DNA from: an uncultured Pseudomonadota bacterium
Lineage (GTDB): Bacteria; Myxococcota_A; Polyangia; Fen-1088
Assembly (NCBI GenBank): GCA_963847705.1
Contig: CAWKBC010000041.1
Span: 16,418-80,417 of the forward strand
Reading direction: 5' to 3'
DNA: 64,000 nt
Positions 31,517-41,153 of this stretch are shown one piece after another. Below the pieces are notes generated by a model, which made no database searches, had not been told where the DNA came from, and was given only the letters and a program-made list of their open reading frames with translations. Made by a program: the position numbers and the translations under genes. The number at the start of each line of letters is the position of its first letter. Position 1 is the first letter of the stretch.

Positions 31517-33322
31517 ATGGACTTCGGCGGGCGGTGGCAAATGGGCGTGAGGCTGGACACGGGGAACGACGGGAGGTGCGCCAGGAGACGGGTTGTCTCA
31601 GGAGCACTGGGCGGCCTGCTGGCCGCCGCCGTCTGGACGTTGGGCTGCGGCGGCGGATCGAGTGGCAGCGGCGCGCACGCGGAGGGGGGATCGCACATCA
31701 ATCAAACCGGCGCGGCCGGTCTCTCCATCAACGAGATCATGTCGCTCAACGTGCTGACCACGAAGGATGAGAACGGCGTGGCGTCGCCCTGGATCGAGAT
31801 CCACAACCCGACCGGGCAGGACGTCGATCTGACCGGCTACGCGCTGACCGACGACTTCAATACACCCCAAAAGGCGATCCTCCCGGCGGGCCTGGTCGTC
31901 AAGGCGAACGGGAATCTCCTGCTGTGGGCCGATCAAAATCCGTCAGCGGGCCCGGCGCACGTCAACCTGTTCCTTCCGGCCGCCGGCGGTTCGATCGGGC
32001 TGGCGGGCCCGGACGGCTCGTTCATCGACCGGCTGACCTTCGGTGCCCAGGACGTCGATCTCTCCGCGGCGCGCGAGCCCGACGGCTCGACCAACTGGGT
32101 CACGGAATGGAACGCCTCGCCGGGCGCGGCCAACCCGATGGGGATGGGAATGGGGCAACCACTTACCCAGGCTGCCAGCGATCCGCCCGAGATGATCCCC
32201 CCCGCCGGCGACCTGAGCGACCAGGTCCTCGGCTACGACCTGCAACCGCAGTTCGACCTGCAGATCTCCGACGACGGCATCACCTCGCTGCGCGCGGCAC
32301 CGACCACCTGGGTCCAGGCGACGCTGACCTTCCAGGGGCGCGCCTACGGTCCGATCGGCGTGAACCTCAAGGGGACCTCGTCCTTCCAGCCGATCGACCA
32401 GAAGCCGGCGTTCCGGGTGGACATCAACCACTTCGTCAAAGGAGCGCGGCTGTTCGGGCTCAAGGAGATCCTGCTCAACAACATGGTGCAGGACCCCTCG
32501 ATGATTCACGAGCGGCTGGCCTACTGGATCGGTCGCCAGATCGGCTCTGTCCCGACCCCCCGTTCGAACCACGCCTGGGTGACGATGAACGGCACGGCGC
32601 TGGGCCTCTACGCCACCGTCGAGGAGGCCAAGGACACGATGATGGCCTACTCGTTCGCCGACGCGAGCGGCGGCGTCTTCACCATCAACTACGCCGATTT
32701 CTCCACCAAGTATCTTCCCAACTTCCAGTACCAGGACGGCAATGACGACACCACCCTCATCACCGACACCATGAGCGCGTTGACCCAGCAGCCCGCCAGC
32801 GCCGCCACCGCGGCCGCCGGCCAGTCCGTCAACATGCACGAGTTCGCGCGCTACTGGGCGCTGATGGTGCTGACGGGCCACTGGGGCGGCTGGCCCTACG
32901 CGCCCGACCCCGAGCCGGTCGGCGCGAACGCGCGCATCTACGCCGACCCGACCAGCAAGCAGCTCTACTTCATCCCTCAGGGGATCAACGACGCCTTCGG
33001 AACCGGAGACTTCGACTTCATCGCCACGCTGAAGTCGAAGCTGGCCAAGGACTGCGCCCGCACGCCGTCGTGCTTCCAGGACTTCAGCGGCCAGCTGATG
33101 GAGATCTTGGGGAAGGCCCAGCAGCTCAACTGGACCGCCGAAGCGGCGCGGGTGTCGGCGCAGATCGCCTCCTACGTCTCGATGGACACCAAGAAGCCGA
33201 ACAGCGACGCCGACGTGGCGATGTACCAGCAGCAGGTCGCCAACTTCATGAACGATCGCAGCGCCTCCATCACCAAGTACCTCGTCGCGCCGGCGAGCAC
33301 CGCGACCGCCAGCACGCCCTGA
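31517..33322 (+). CDS. Lamin-tail-domain + CotH family lipoprotein (start uncertain)
   Basis: TLG-C lipobox; INEIM...WIEIHN...DLTGY.LTD (LTD); LKGTSSF, KPAF, LNNMVQDPS.IHERLAY, NG..LGLY..VE. Confidence 0.88.
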   Translation: MDFGGRWQMGVRLDTGNDGRCARRRVVSGALGGLLAAAVWTLGCGGGSSGSGAHAEGGSHINQTGAAGLSINEIMSLNVLTTKDENGVASPWIEIHNPTGQDVDLTGYALTDDFNTPQKAILPAGLVVKANGNLLLWADQNPSAGPAHVNLFLPAAGGSIGLAGPDGSFIDRLTFGAQDVDLSAAREPDGSTNWVTEWNASPGAANPMGMGMGQPLTQAASDPPEMIPPAGDLSDQVLGYDLQPQFDLQISDDGITSLRAAPTTWVQATLTFQGRAYGPIGVNLKGTSSFQPIDQKPAFRVDINHFVKGARLFGLKEILLNNMVQDPSMIHERLAYWIGRQIGSVPTPRSNHAWVTMNGTALGLYATVEEAKDTMMAYSFADASGGVFTINYADFSTKYLPNFQYQDGNDDTTLITDTMSALTQQPASAATAAAGQSVNMHEFARYWALMVLTGHWGGWPYAPDPEPVGANARIYADPTSKQLYFIPQGINDAFGTGDFDFIATLKSKLAKDCARTPSCFQDFSGQLMEILGKAQQLNWTAEAARVSAQIASYVSMDTKKPNSDADVAMYQQQVANFMNDRSASITKYLVAPASTATASTP

Positions 33323-33356
33323 GGCCCCTCGACGCGCCCGCGAGGCTTCGGCGGAT

Positions 33357-34910
33357 CTAGAGCGCGTGCCCGTGAGGCAAACCGGTGCGGTACTTGCCGT
33401 CGCCGTCCACGTCGAGGAACACCGGGTTGGTCAGGGCGAAGGGATAGGCGGTGAAGGTCTTGCCGTCGCCGACCACGGGTGACATCGACCGATCGCCGTC
33501 GACGCGCACGACGACGTAGCCGTCGCGCGGCGTGGTGAGATCGAAGGTCTCTTTCAACCGGACGGCGTCGGTCCCCGGCGGGACGGTCCAACGCTTGGCC
33601 TCTTCGCCGTTCAGGTAGAGCGTCACGCGGCTGACCGAAACCCAGGGCGCCGCCTGCACCGTCACCTCGGCGTGCGCCTTCCCGCCGCGCGCCGGGACGA
33701 GATCGCCGATGGTCCCCCCGTTGACCAGTAGCGAGACGAACGGGCCGGTGGTGAAGAAGACGTGGTGGCCCTTGATCGCAGTGGCGATCTCCTTCGGGTC
33801 GATGCGCTCGGGTTTGTCCTCCCGAACCTTGACGTAGTTGCGCGGGTAGCCGCCGATGTTGAACGTCAGGTGGTGGGTGTCGGAGTTGCCAGTCGCCGTC
33901 ACCAGGTGGTCGTGGTTGAGCAACGAGAACCAGTCGTCGACGACGCGATCGACGCTGCGCCGGACCGGATCCTGATAGCCGTTCATCACCTCCAGCGCAT
34001 CGAAGTCCCAGGAGAAGCCGGCACGCCCCGCCCGATCGCTGCGCGCGTCGAACTGTCCGAGATCGAAGTAGCCGATCTCGTTGTCGATGCGCGGGTGATG
34101 CACGTTGATGACCGCGCCGGGGGCGTCGCGCCGCACGTCCTTGAAGAAATCGTCGGGCTTGCGGCCGTGGACCAGAATGGCCCCCTCGCCCGCGCGCTCG
34201 ATGTCGCGCGGCAGGGGGAAGGCGCCGAAGTGTCCCCAGCCGTTGGTCGTCAGCTCGTCGCCGACGGCGCTGGTGATGTAGCGGCCGGCGTCCAGCTCCT
34301 TGATGTACGGCTCGTAGTCGGAGATGACGTTGTGGTCGGTGGCGACGATCATCTGCACGTCGTCGGCGACGAACTCGAAGATCCGGTCGTACATCGGGAC
34401 GCGCGAGTCGGACGAGCGCGCCGCGTGCACGTGAAAGTCGGCCGACAGCCACCCGGGCGTCTCCACGACGTGGGCCAGGCTGGCCGTGATGGTTGCGCCG
34501 CGGGCGGTCAGCTTCAGCTTCCTGGTCGTGGAGATCTCCCACTCGGGCCCGCGGCTCACGGTCACGTCGTAGGTCCCGAGCGGCAGGCGCGTCACGCCGA
34601 CGCCGGTCAGCGACATCACCCGGTTGAAGGCGGCGATGGCGCCGTCCCCTTCCTGCCGGGCGATGTCGACGCGCGTGAACTCCGGATCGTGCGTCCCGTC
34701 GACGCCGACGAAGGTCAGCTTGCAGGGGATCGGCTTGCCGGTCTTGGTGTCGCGCACGTCGTAGCCGACGCCGCCTTCAGCCGGCAGCTTCGGCGGCGCG
34801 AGCGCAGGCGCGCCCGCAGTCGCGGCGACGACGGCCGAGATTCCCAGCGCGTACGAGATCCCGACGGCCAGGACCCGCGCCCACGATCGCCTTCCCTGTG
34901 CGCGCCCCAT
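33357..34910 (-). CDS. Secreted PHP-domain metallohydrolase (CehA/McbA-like)
   Basis: ADFHVHA..SSD, ATDHN, GHF, NVHHPR, EVMNG, GNSDTH, TNPVF. Confidence 0.88.
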   Translation of the reverse strand: MGRAQGRRSWARVLAVGISYALGISAVVAATAGAPALAPPKLPAEGGVGYDVRDTKTGKPIPCKLTFVGVDGTHDPEFTRVDIARQEGDGAIAAFNRVMSLTGVGVTRLPLGTYDVTVSRGPEWEISTTRKLKLTARGATITASLAHVVETPGWLSADFHVHAARSSDSRVPMYDRIFEFVADDVQMIVATDHNVISDYEPYIKELDAGRYITSAVGDELTTNGWGHFGAFPLPRDIERAGEGAILVHGRKPDDFFKDVRRDAPGAVINVHHPRIDNEIGYFDLGQFDARSDRAGRAGFSWDFDALEVMNGYQDPVRRSVDRVVDDWFSLLNHDHLVTATGNSDTHHLTFNIGGYPRNYVKVREDKPERIDPKEIATAIKGHHVFFTTGPFVSLLVNGGTIGDLVPARGGKAHAEVTVQAAPWVSVSRVTLYLNGEEAKRWTVPPGTDAVRLKETFDLTTPRDGYVVVRVDGDRSMSPVVGDGKTFTAYPFALTNPVFLDVDGDGKYRTGLPHGHAL

Positions 34911-34923
34911 CGCGCCGACGATA

Positions 34924-36615
34924 CTACGACGACTTGGACGGGTCGGGCGCCGAGGTATCTGGCGGCGCCGCTTCGGGCGCCGGGTTGGCGGGAGGCGCCG
35001 CCGCCTTCACGGGTGCCGGAGCACCGCAATCGGGATCGACCGCGCTGGTGTCGGCGATTGGCCAGCCCTTGGAATCGCGATTGGGCGCACCCCCGCGCGG
35101 ACCACCTGGCCCACCCTGGTTGTTGCCACGCGCGAAACCGGGACCACGGCCACCACCGCCGCCGCCGGGACCACGGCCACCGCCGCCACCGGGACCACGG
35201 CCACCGCCACCGCCGCCCGGACCGCGACCACCGCCCGGACCACGGCCGCCGCCGGGGCCGCCGCCAAAGCCGCCCGGACCGCGGGGAGCACCGCCGCCGG
35301 GACCGCCGCCAGGAGCAGAGCCGAAGCCGCCCGGACCGCCGCCGCCAGGGCCGCCGCCGAAGCCGCCCGGCCCGCGGGGACCGCCGCCGCCAGGGCCGCC
35401 GCCGAAGCCACCGGGCCCGCGGGGACCGCCGCCGCCAGGGCCGCCGCCGAAGCCACCGGGGCCGCGGGGACCGCCGCCGCCGGGACCGCCACCCGGGCCG
35501 CCGCCGAAGCCACCGGGCCCGCGCGGGCCGCGTCCGCCGCCGGGACCGCCCCCACCGCCCGGTCCACCGCCGAAGCCGCCGGGACCACGCGGACCACGTC
35601 CGCCGGGCGGGGGACCGCCGGCGGTTCGCCGGTGATCGCGGCGACCATCGCCAGGACCACCGCCGGGCGCCCGGGTCACCATCCAGCCAGGACCCGCCAC
35701 CGGGCTTCCGCCCGGGACGCCCTGATCACAATCGCGATCGCGGCCGGAGCCGAACTCGAAGCGACCCGGCTTGTTGCCGCCGGGGCCGTGGGCGCCACCG
35801 ATTCCACCCGAGCCGCCGCCCGGCTTCCCGCCGCCGCCACCACCGCCACCGCCGCAATCGTGCCGTCCGGAGCCGCCGCGCCCACGATCGTTGCGCCGGG
35901 GCTCGCCGCGCGGCATGAGGTCGACCAGGTAGTAGAAGTCGCCCTGCTTCTTCGCGCCGGGAGGCGGATCTTCGCCGCTCATCACGCGGATCAGCCGGAC
36001 GTTGTCGGCACGGTCGCGGATCACCTCGAGCGCCTCCATCAGACGCGCCAGGCGATCCTCTTTGATCCCGAGCTTCTCCTCGATCTCGGCGGCCGCGAGC
36101 GCAGCGCCAGGATCCGGGGCAGGCTCCGCGGGCGCACCCGCCTCGGCGTCCGCCGATTGCGCGGTCGCCTCGCCGCCGTTCGCATCGCCTGCGGGCGCTT
36201 CGCCTTCGGGCGCCGCCGGCGTCTCCTCCGCGGATGCGCTCGCCTCGACGGGCGCCGCCTCCGCGGACGCACTCGCCTCGACAGGCGCCGCCTCGGCCGG
36301 AGCGCTCCCCTCGACAGGCGCCGCCTCGGCCGGAGCGCTCCCCTCGGCGGGCTCGGCTTCGCTTCCAGCTTCGACGCCCTCTGACGTCAGTGCAGCATCC
36401 TCGGCTTCGGCCGTCGCCGCGATCGCCGCTTCGAATCCCGGCTCCGCGCCGGCCGCCTCCGCGACGGGCGTGGCTTCGATCGCTGCCTCGATCTCCGCCC
36501 CCTCGGACGCGACGGGTTCAGCCGCCGGCTTCGGCGGCGGCGCCGGTCGGTGCGTACGCCGCACCTGCGCTGCTTCGCGAAGCAAGATCCCGGAGAATTC
36601 AGTGACGGTTTTCAT
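34924..36615 (-). CDS. Hypothetical low-complexity protein: acidic Ala/Glu/Pro repeats, small folded core, Gly/Pro/Arg repeat tail
   Basis: 563 aa with GC3-biased codons; MKTVTEF start; AEAAPVE repeats; seven GPGGFG units. Confidence 0.75.
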   Translation of the reverse strand: MKTVTEFSGILLREAAQVRRTHRPAPPPKPAAEPVASEGAEIEAAIEATPVAEAAGAEPGFEAAIAATAEAEDAALTSEGVEAGSEAEPAEGSAPAEAAPVEGSAPAEAAPVEASASAEAAPVEASASAEETPAAPEGEAPAGDANGGEATAQSADAEAGAPAEPAPDPGAALAAAEIEEKLGIKEDRLARLMEALEVIRDRADNVRLIRVMSGEDPPPGAKKQGDFYYLVDLMPRGEPRRNDRGRGGSGRHDCGGGGGGGGGKPGGGSGGIGGAHGPGGNKPGRFEFGSGRDRDCDQGVPGGSPVAGPGWMVTRAPGGGPGDGRRDHRRTAGGPPPGGRGPRGPGGFGGGPGGGGGPGGGRGPRGPGGFGGGPGGGPGGGGPRGPGGFGGGPGGGGPRGPGGFGGGPGGGGPRGPGGFGGGPGGGGPGGFGSAPGGGPGGGAPRGPGGFGGGPGGGRGPGGGRGPGGGGGGRGPGGGGGRGPGGGGGGRGPGFARGNNQGGPGGPRGGAPNRDSKGWPIADTSAVDPDCGAPAPVKAAAPPANPAPEAAPPDTSAPDPSKSS

Positions 36616-36666
36616 CGTTTCTTCGTTCGTCGCGCGGCGCCGCCCTGGGCAGCGTCGGACGGTCCT

Positions 36667-36975
36667 TTACTTCTTGGTCTGGGCCGCTTCGAGCTTTTTG
36701 TACTCTTCAGTGGCGTTCTGGGTCAGAGCGTAATTGTCGAGGTCCTTGTGGCAACCGTCGCAGGTGAACTTCTGTCCGTTCGCCTTGGCCATCTTCACCA
36801 TCTCCTTCATCACCTTCTTGGCCTCCGCCCGCCCACCCTTGGCGCAAGCCTTCCCCGTCTCGGTGTCGGGCTTGGTGGCGATGGTGCACTTGCCGTCGTC
36901 AGCCCGGACGGCGCCCGCGGCGACGGCGGCGAACAGGAAGGCAGCGACGGAGAGCTTGGCGATGGAACGGGTCAT
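36667..36975 (-). CDS. Small secreted monoheme c-type cytochrome
   Basis: Signal peptide (VRA-D); CDGCH heme motif; extra Cys pair; Met-rich helix; AGGAG RBS. Confidence 0.8.
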   Translation of the reverse strand: MTRSIAKLSVAAFLFAAVAAGAVRADDGKCTIATKPDTETGKACAKGGRAEAKKVMKEMVKMAKANGQKFTCDGCHKDLDNYALTQNATEEYKKLEAAQTKK

Positions 36976-37179
36976 GAAATCTCCTCGGTCTGCAGGGCGA
37001 AGGGACCTACGGGCGACGGCGCAGAGCTTATAGCGCGCCCTCGACCGCGGGGACAACACCCCTTTGCATACTAGGAGTTGCTGCCCCTACATCGTGGAGC
37101 AAACACCCACCACCGAGCCGCAAATCACCGTCGCTGCGGTCTTTTCGCAATGGGCCAAACAGGTCTATAGTTGTCGCCC

Positions 37180-38784
37180 ATGGCACAGATTTTCCGGAGG
37201 GATTCCCGCGTCGTCCTCGCATTGATGGTCGGCGCTTTCTTGTCGTTTGCCGCGTCGCGCGCAGTGGCCCAGGACAACCAGGATACGGTCGAAGGGGTCA
37301 GGGTCCAGCTCGGGATCACCGGCGGCTACCACTGGTTCGCCAAAGATCTCGAGCTCGGCACGCCCGACGATTCCGCCTCTTCGAGCCCGAAGAGTGCTCC
37401 CGCCTTCGGCATCCGCGCCGGCCTCATGCTGAACCCGATGTTCGTCATCGAAGGCGAGGCGCTGCTGATACCGACGTCCGACAATCATGCGGGCCAAAGC
37501 GTGCTCATCAGCGCGGAGCGCATCCACCTCCGCTTCAACATCGCGCCCGGCGCCATCGCGCACGGGGTGGTGACGCCGTTCATCCTGGCAGGCGTCGGGG
37601 CTTCGACCGTTCTCTCCAGCAATCCGCCGGGGGACAACCAGCTTTACATTCACAAGGGCGATACCGACGCGAACTTCTACGCCGGCGCCGGCGTCATGTT
37701 CGCGCTCAACAGGTTGCTTCACCTCCGCATCGACGGCCGCGTGCTCGCCGCCCCCAACACCACCAAGGACGGCTTCTCGCCCGACTACGAGCTCACGGCC
37801 GGGTTCGGCGTCACGCTCGGCGGCCACGCCCCGCCCCCGCCGCCCGCGCCCGTGGCGCTGGTCAAGGACACCGACGGCGACGGCATCCCCGACACCGAGG
37901 ACAACTGCCCCAACGAGGCCGGCCCCCGCGAGAACAAGGGCTGCCCCGACAAGGACACCGACGGCGACGGCATCGTCGACCGCAAGGACAAGTGCCCCGA
38001 CAAGGCCGGTCCGCCCGAGCGCGACGGCTGCCCCGAGGAGGACAAGGACAAGGACGGCATCGTCGACTCGAAGGACAAGTGCCCCGACGATCCCGAGGAC
38101 AAGGACGGCTTCGAGGACGCCGACGGCTGCCCGGATCCGGACAACGACAAGGACGGCATCCTCGACAAGGACGACAAGTGCCCGAACGAGCCGGAGACCA
38201 AGAACGGCTATCAGGACGAGGACGGCTGCCCCGATGAGGTGCCGGCGCAGGTCAAGCAGTTCAGCGGCGTGGTCAAGGGGATCAACTTCCGGCGCAACTC
38301 GGCCGACATCAAGGCGACGTCCTTCCCGCTGCTCAAGCAAGCGGTCATCGTCTTCAAGCAGTACCCGGCGTTGCGGGTGGAGATCTCGGGCCACACCTCG
38401 AACGAGGGGAAGCGCGAGTTCAACATGAAGCTCTCGCGCAAGCGCGCCGAGGCGGTGAAGGACTACCTGGTCTCCGCCGGCATCGACGAGAATCGGATCG
38501 GCACCGTCGGTTACGGGCCGGACAAGCCGATCGCCGACAACGACACCAAGGAAGGGACCGAGAAGAACCGGCGCATCGAGTTCCGGCTGCTCTCGACCAA
38601 GGAAGCGGTCAAGACCCAGCCCGAGCCCGAGGACATCAACCCCTCGCCCGATCGCAAGCACGCCAAGGGTGCCAAAGCGAAGCCGGCCAAGGGCGACAAG
38701 CCCGCCGACGCCGCGGCGAAGAAGCCCAAGGCCCCCAAGAAGAAGAAGGCCTCCGCTCCCGACGACGAGCCGATGCCCAGGTAA
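37180..38784 (+). CDS. OmpA family protein: beta-barrel + thrombospondin type-3 repeats + OmpA peptidoglycan-binding domain
   Basis: D.DGDGI.D..D.CP repeats; GHTS...N.KLS.KRAEAV..YL; NRRIEF. Confidence 0.93.
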   Translation: MAQIFRRDSRVVLALMVGAFLSFAASRAVAQDNQDTVEGVRVQLGITGGYHWFAKDLELGTPDDSASSSPKSAPAFGIRAGLMLNPMFVIEGEALLIPTSDNHAGQSVLISAERIHLRFNIAPGAIAHGVVTPFILAGVGASTVLSSNPPGDNQLYIHKGDTDANFYAGAGVMFALNRLLHLRIDGRVLAAPNTTKDGFSPDYELTAGFGVTLGGHAPPPPPAPVALVKDTDGDGIPDTEDNCPNEAGPRENKGCPDKDTDGDGIVDRKDKCPDKAGPPERDGCPEEDKDKDGIVDSKDKCPDDPEDKDGFEDADGCPDPDNDKDGILDKDDKCPNEPETKNGYQDEDGCPDEVPAQVKQFSGVVKGINFRRNSADIKATSFPLLKQAVIVFKQYPALRVEISGHTSNEGKREFNMKLSRKRAEAVKDYLVSAGIDENRIGTVGYGPDKPIADNDTKEGTEKNRRIEFRLLSTKEAVKTQPEPEDINPSPDRKHAKGAKAKPAKGDKPADAAAKKPKAPKKKKASAPDDEPMPR

Positions 38785-38796
38785 CGCCGGAGGTCG

Positions 38797-39993
38797 TCAG
38801 GTCGAGATCGGAATATCGGTCTCGACCGGCTGCCCGTAGTCGACCCCGGGGACCTCGAACCCGAACAGCTTGCGAAAGTCGGTCCGGAACCCGGCGTAGT
38901 CGGAGAGCGCCGAAAGGTTCTCGGTCGTCACCTGGTCCCAGAGCGCGGTCACCTGCGCCTGGATCTCGGGCGCGAGCTCGAGGTCGTCGAGGCGAATCCG
39001 CCCTTCGCCGTCGGTGCGGGGCTGCTGTCCTGGTCCCAGGTGATCCCGGAAGAGGCGCGAGATCTGCTGGTCGGTCCCCTCGTGCGTCCCCGCCGCCTTC
39101 ATCACCTTGTAAAGCAGGCTGATGTAGAGCGGGACGACCGGGATCGCCGACGAGGCCTGGGTGACCAGCGCCTTGTTGACGCTCACGTAGGCCGCGCCGC
39201 CCAGGCGGGCGGCCAGCAGCGCCGACAGCTCCGCGGTGGTCCTCTCCAAATCTTCCTTGGCCCGCCCGATCGTCCCCGAACGGTAGATGGGGAAGGTCAG
39301 CGCCGGGCCGATGTAGCTGTAGGCGACGGCCCGGCAGCCTGGCGCCAGCAGATCGGCGTCCGCCAGCGCGCGCACCCAGGCGGCGAAGTCTTCGCCCCCC
39401 ATCACCTTGCGGGTCGCCTCCACCTCGGCGTCGGAGGCGGGCGCGATCTCGACCTCCACCACCTGCTCGTTGCCGAGGTTGATGCTCTTGCTGCGGAACG
39501 ACTCGCCGAGCGGCTTCAGGACGGAGCTGTAGCTGACGCCGTCGGCCGGATCGACCCGCTTCGGCGCCGCCAGGCTGTAGACGACCAGGTCGAGCTTGCG
39601 CCCGGCCCGTTCGAGACCGGCGATCGTCTGGTCCTTGATCTCACGGCTGAAGGCATCGCCGTTGACGATCGCGATCTCGCGGCCGGCGGCTCCCGCGCGG
39701 CGCTGGGCCGCCGCCAGGTTGTACCAGCCGGCCGACGCCGTCTTCTCGCCTTGAGGCGGCCGCTCCAGACAGACCGCCGTCCCCTGCGCGCCATACCCGA
39801 AGACCGCGCTCAGCAGGCTGGAGAGGCCGTAGCCGGTGCTGCCGCCGATCACCAGCGCGGCGCCGAGCCCGGTGCCGGGTGCCCCCTGCCGGGCAACCGC
39901 GATCTCGGCGTCGACGTTGGCGGCACAACCGGCCGGGTGGGCGTTGAGGCAGATGAACCCGCGTATACGGGCGGCGATGACCTGGCTGGACAT
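38797..39993 (-). CDS. fabV: Enoyl-ACP reductase FabV / trans-2-enoyl-CoA reductase
   Basis: RGFIC.NAHP.GC, GGSTGYGL, NGDAFS, YSLAAP, VMGGED, YSYIG, IY..GTIG.AK. Confidence 0.95.
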   Translation of the reverse strand: MSSQVIAARIRGFICLNAHPAGCAANVDAEIAVARQGAPGTGLGAALVIGGSTGYGLSSLLSAVFGYGAQGTAVCLERPPQGEKTASAGWYNLAAAQRRAGAAGREIAIVNGDAFSREIKDQTIAGLERAGRKLDLVVYSLAAPKRVDPADGVSYSSVLKPLGESFRSKSINLGNEQVVEVEIAPASDAEVEATRKVMGGEDFAAWVRALADADLLAPGCRAVAYSYIGPALTFPIYRSGTIGRAKEDLERTTAELSALLAARLGGAAYVSVNKALVTQASSAIPVVPLYISLLYKVMKAAGTHEGTDQQISRLFRDHLGPGQQPRTDGEGRIRLDDLELAPEIQAQVTALWDQVTTENLSALSDYAGFRTDFRKLFGFEVPGVDYGQPVETDIPIST

Positions 39994-40061
39994 CGGGCCT
40001 TCCTGCCAGCGCCGCGCCGGAAGGTCAAGCGCGACGGTCGAGGTTTGCGCCCAGCCGATCC

Positions 40062-40529
40062 GTGAATAACTTCGCGATCGTGGACCTGAAAGCGCTCAAA
40101 CGGATCTTGGTCCCGACCGACTTCTCCGATCCTTCGGAGGAGGCGCTGAAGACCGCGATCGCCTTCGGGCAGACGTTCGGCGCCACGCTGGATCTGGTGC
40201 ACGTCGCGGTGGAGGTCGCCTACCCTCTGCCGCCGCCGATCGACCTGGCTTCGCTGCCGATCGACATCGGTCCGGCGCTCGAGCGCGCGGCCGAGGGGCT
40301 CGCCGCCGAGGAGGCGCGGGTGCGCGAAGCAGGCGTCGCCTGCGAGAGCGCGACGCTGGTCGGGCGCGCCGATCTGGAGCTCGTGGAGCGCGCGCGCGCG
40401 ACGACCGCCGATCTGATCATCATGGGGACTCACGGCCGCAGCGGCCTGGCCCACATCATCCTGGGCAGCAACACCGCGCGTGTCGTCCAGCACGCCCCCT
40501 GTCCCATCCTCATCGTCCCCAAGCGCTAG
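40062..40529 (+). CDS. Universal stress protein
   Basis: ILVPTDFS, DLIIMGTHGRSG...LGS, APCPILIV. Confidence 0.93.
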   Translation: MNNFAIVDLKALKRILVPTDFSDPSEEALKTAIAFGQTFGATLDLVHVAVEVAYPLPPPIDLASLPIDIGPALERAAEGLAAEEARVREAGVACESATLVGRADLELVERARATTADLIIMGTHGRSGLAHIILGSNTARVVQHAPCPILIVPKR

Positions 40530-40930
40530 GCGAGCAGCGACCTCGTCCCGGTGGCGACCCGCCGGCAGGCCAGCGCGCAGTCGATGGTCCAGAGCAGCTC
40601 GTCCAGATTGATCGGTTTCAAGAGGCAAGCGACCGCGCCGTAGGCCTCCGAGTCGGTGCAAAGGTCGAAGGTCTCGTTTCCGGTGGTGAGCACCACCGGC
40701 ACGTCGCTCTCGCGCCGGATCCGCTGCGCCAGATCGACGCCGTGCATGCCCGGCATGCGCAGGTCGGTCAATACCAGGTCCGGGAGCGCGCGCGGCAGCT
40801 TGGCCATCGCCTCGAAGCCGTCTGCCGCCACCTCGACCAGGTAGCCCGCCTCAGCCAACACCTGACCGATGAGCTCGCGTGCGTCTCGATCGTCGTCGAC
40901 GATCAAGATTGTATCCCGCCGCTGGCCCAC
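40526..40930 (-). CDS. Single-domain response regulator (start uncertain; ORF open to 41014)
   Basis: ILIVDDD, TDLRMPGM.G, LLKP. Confidence 0.88.
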   Translation of the reverse strand: MGQRRDTILIVDDDRDARELIGQVLAEAGYLVEVAADGFEAMAKLPRALPDLVLTDLRMPGMHGVDLAQRIRRESDVPVVLTTGNETFDLCTDSEAYGAVACLLKPINLDELLWTIDCALACRRVATGTRSLLA

Positions 40931-41153
40931 CTCCCCGCTTCCCACATCGATATTCGTCACGATGGTGAATTGAGCAAGAATGGAACCACCCTCGACGACT
41001 CTGTCCGTGATCACGCCGCGCCGCTACAAGGTCCCTGATCCGGTTACATCCGCGTAACTCTGCTCTGGGTCGGGTTACTTGTGTACGATTGAGCCTTCCC
41101 CATCCCGCCCAGGCCTTGCAAGGCCTGCCTGAGCCATCTCCCACCCGCACCTC

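Noticed and set aside
34898-35635. Collagen/extensin-like Pro-rich ORF on the + strand (also 5276-5725)
   Set aside because: It is the reverse complement of Gly-rich repeats in the minus-strand genes.
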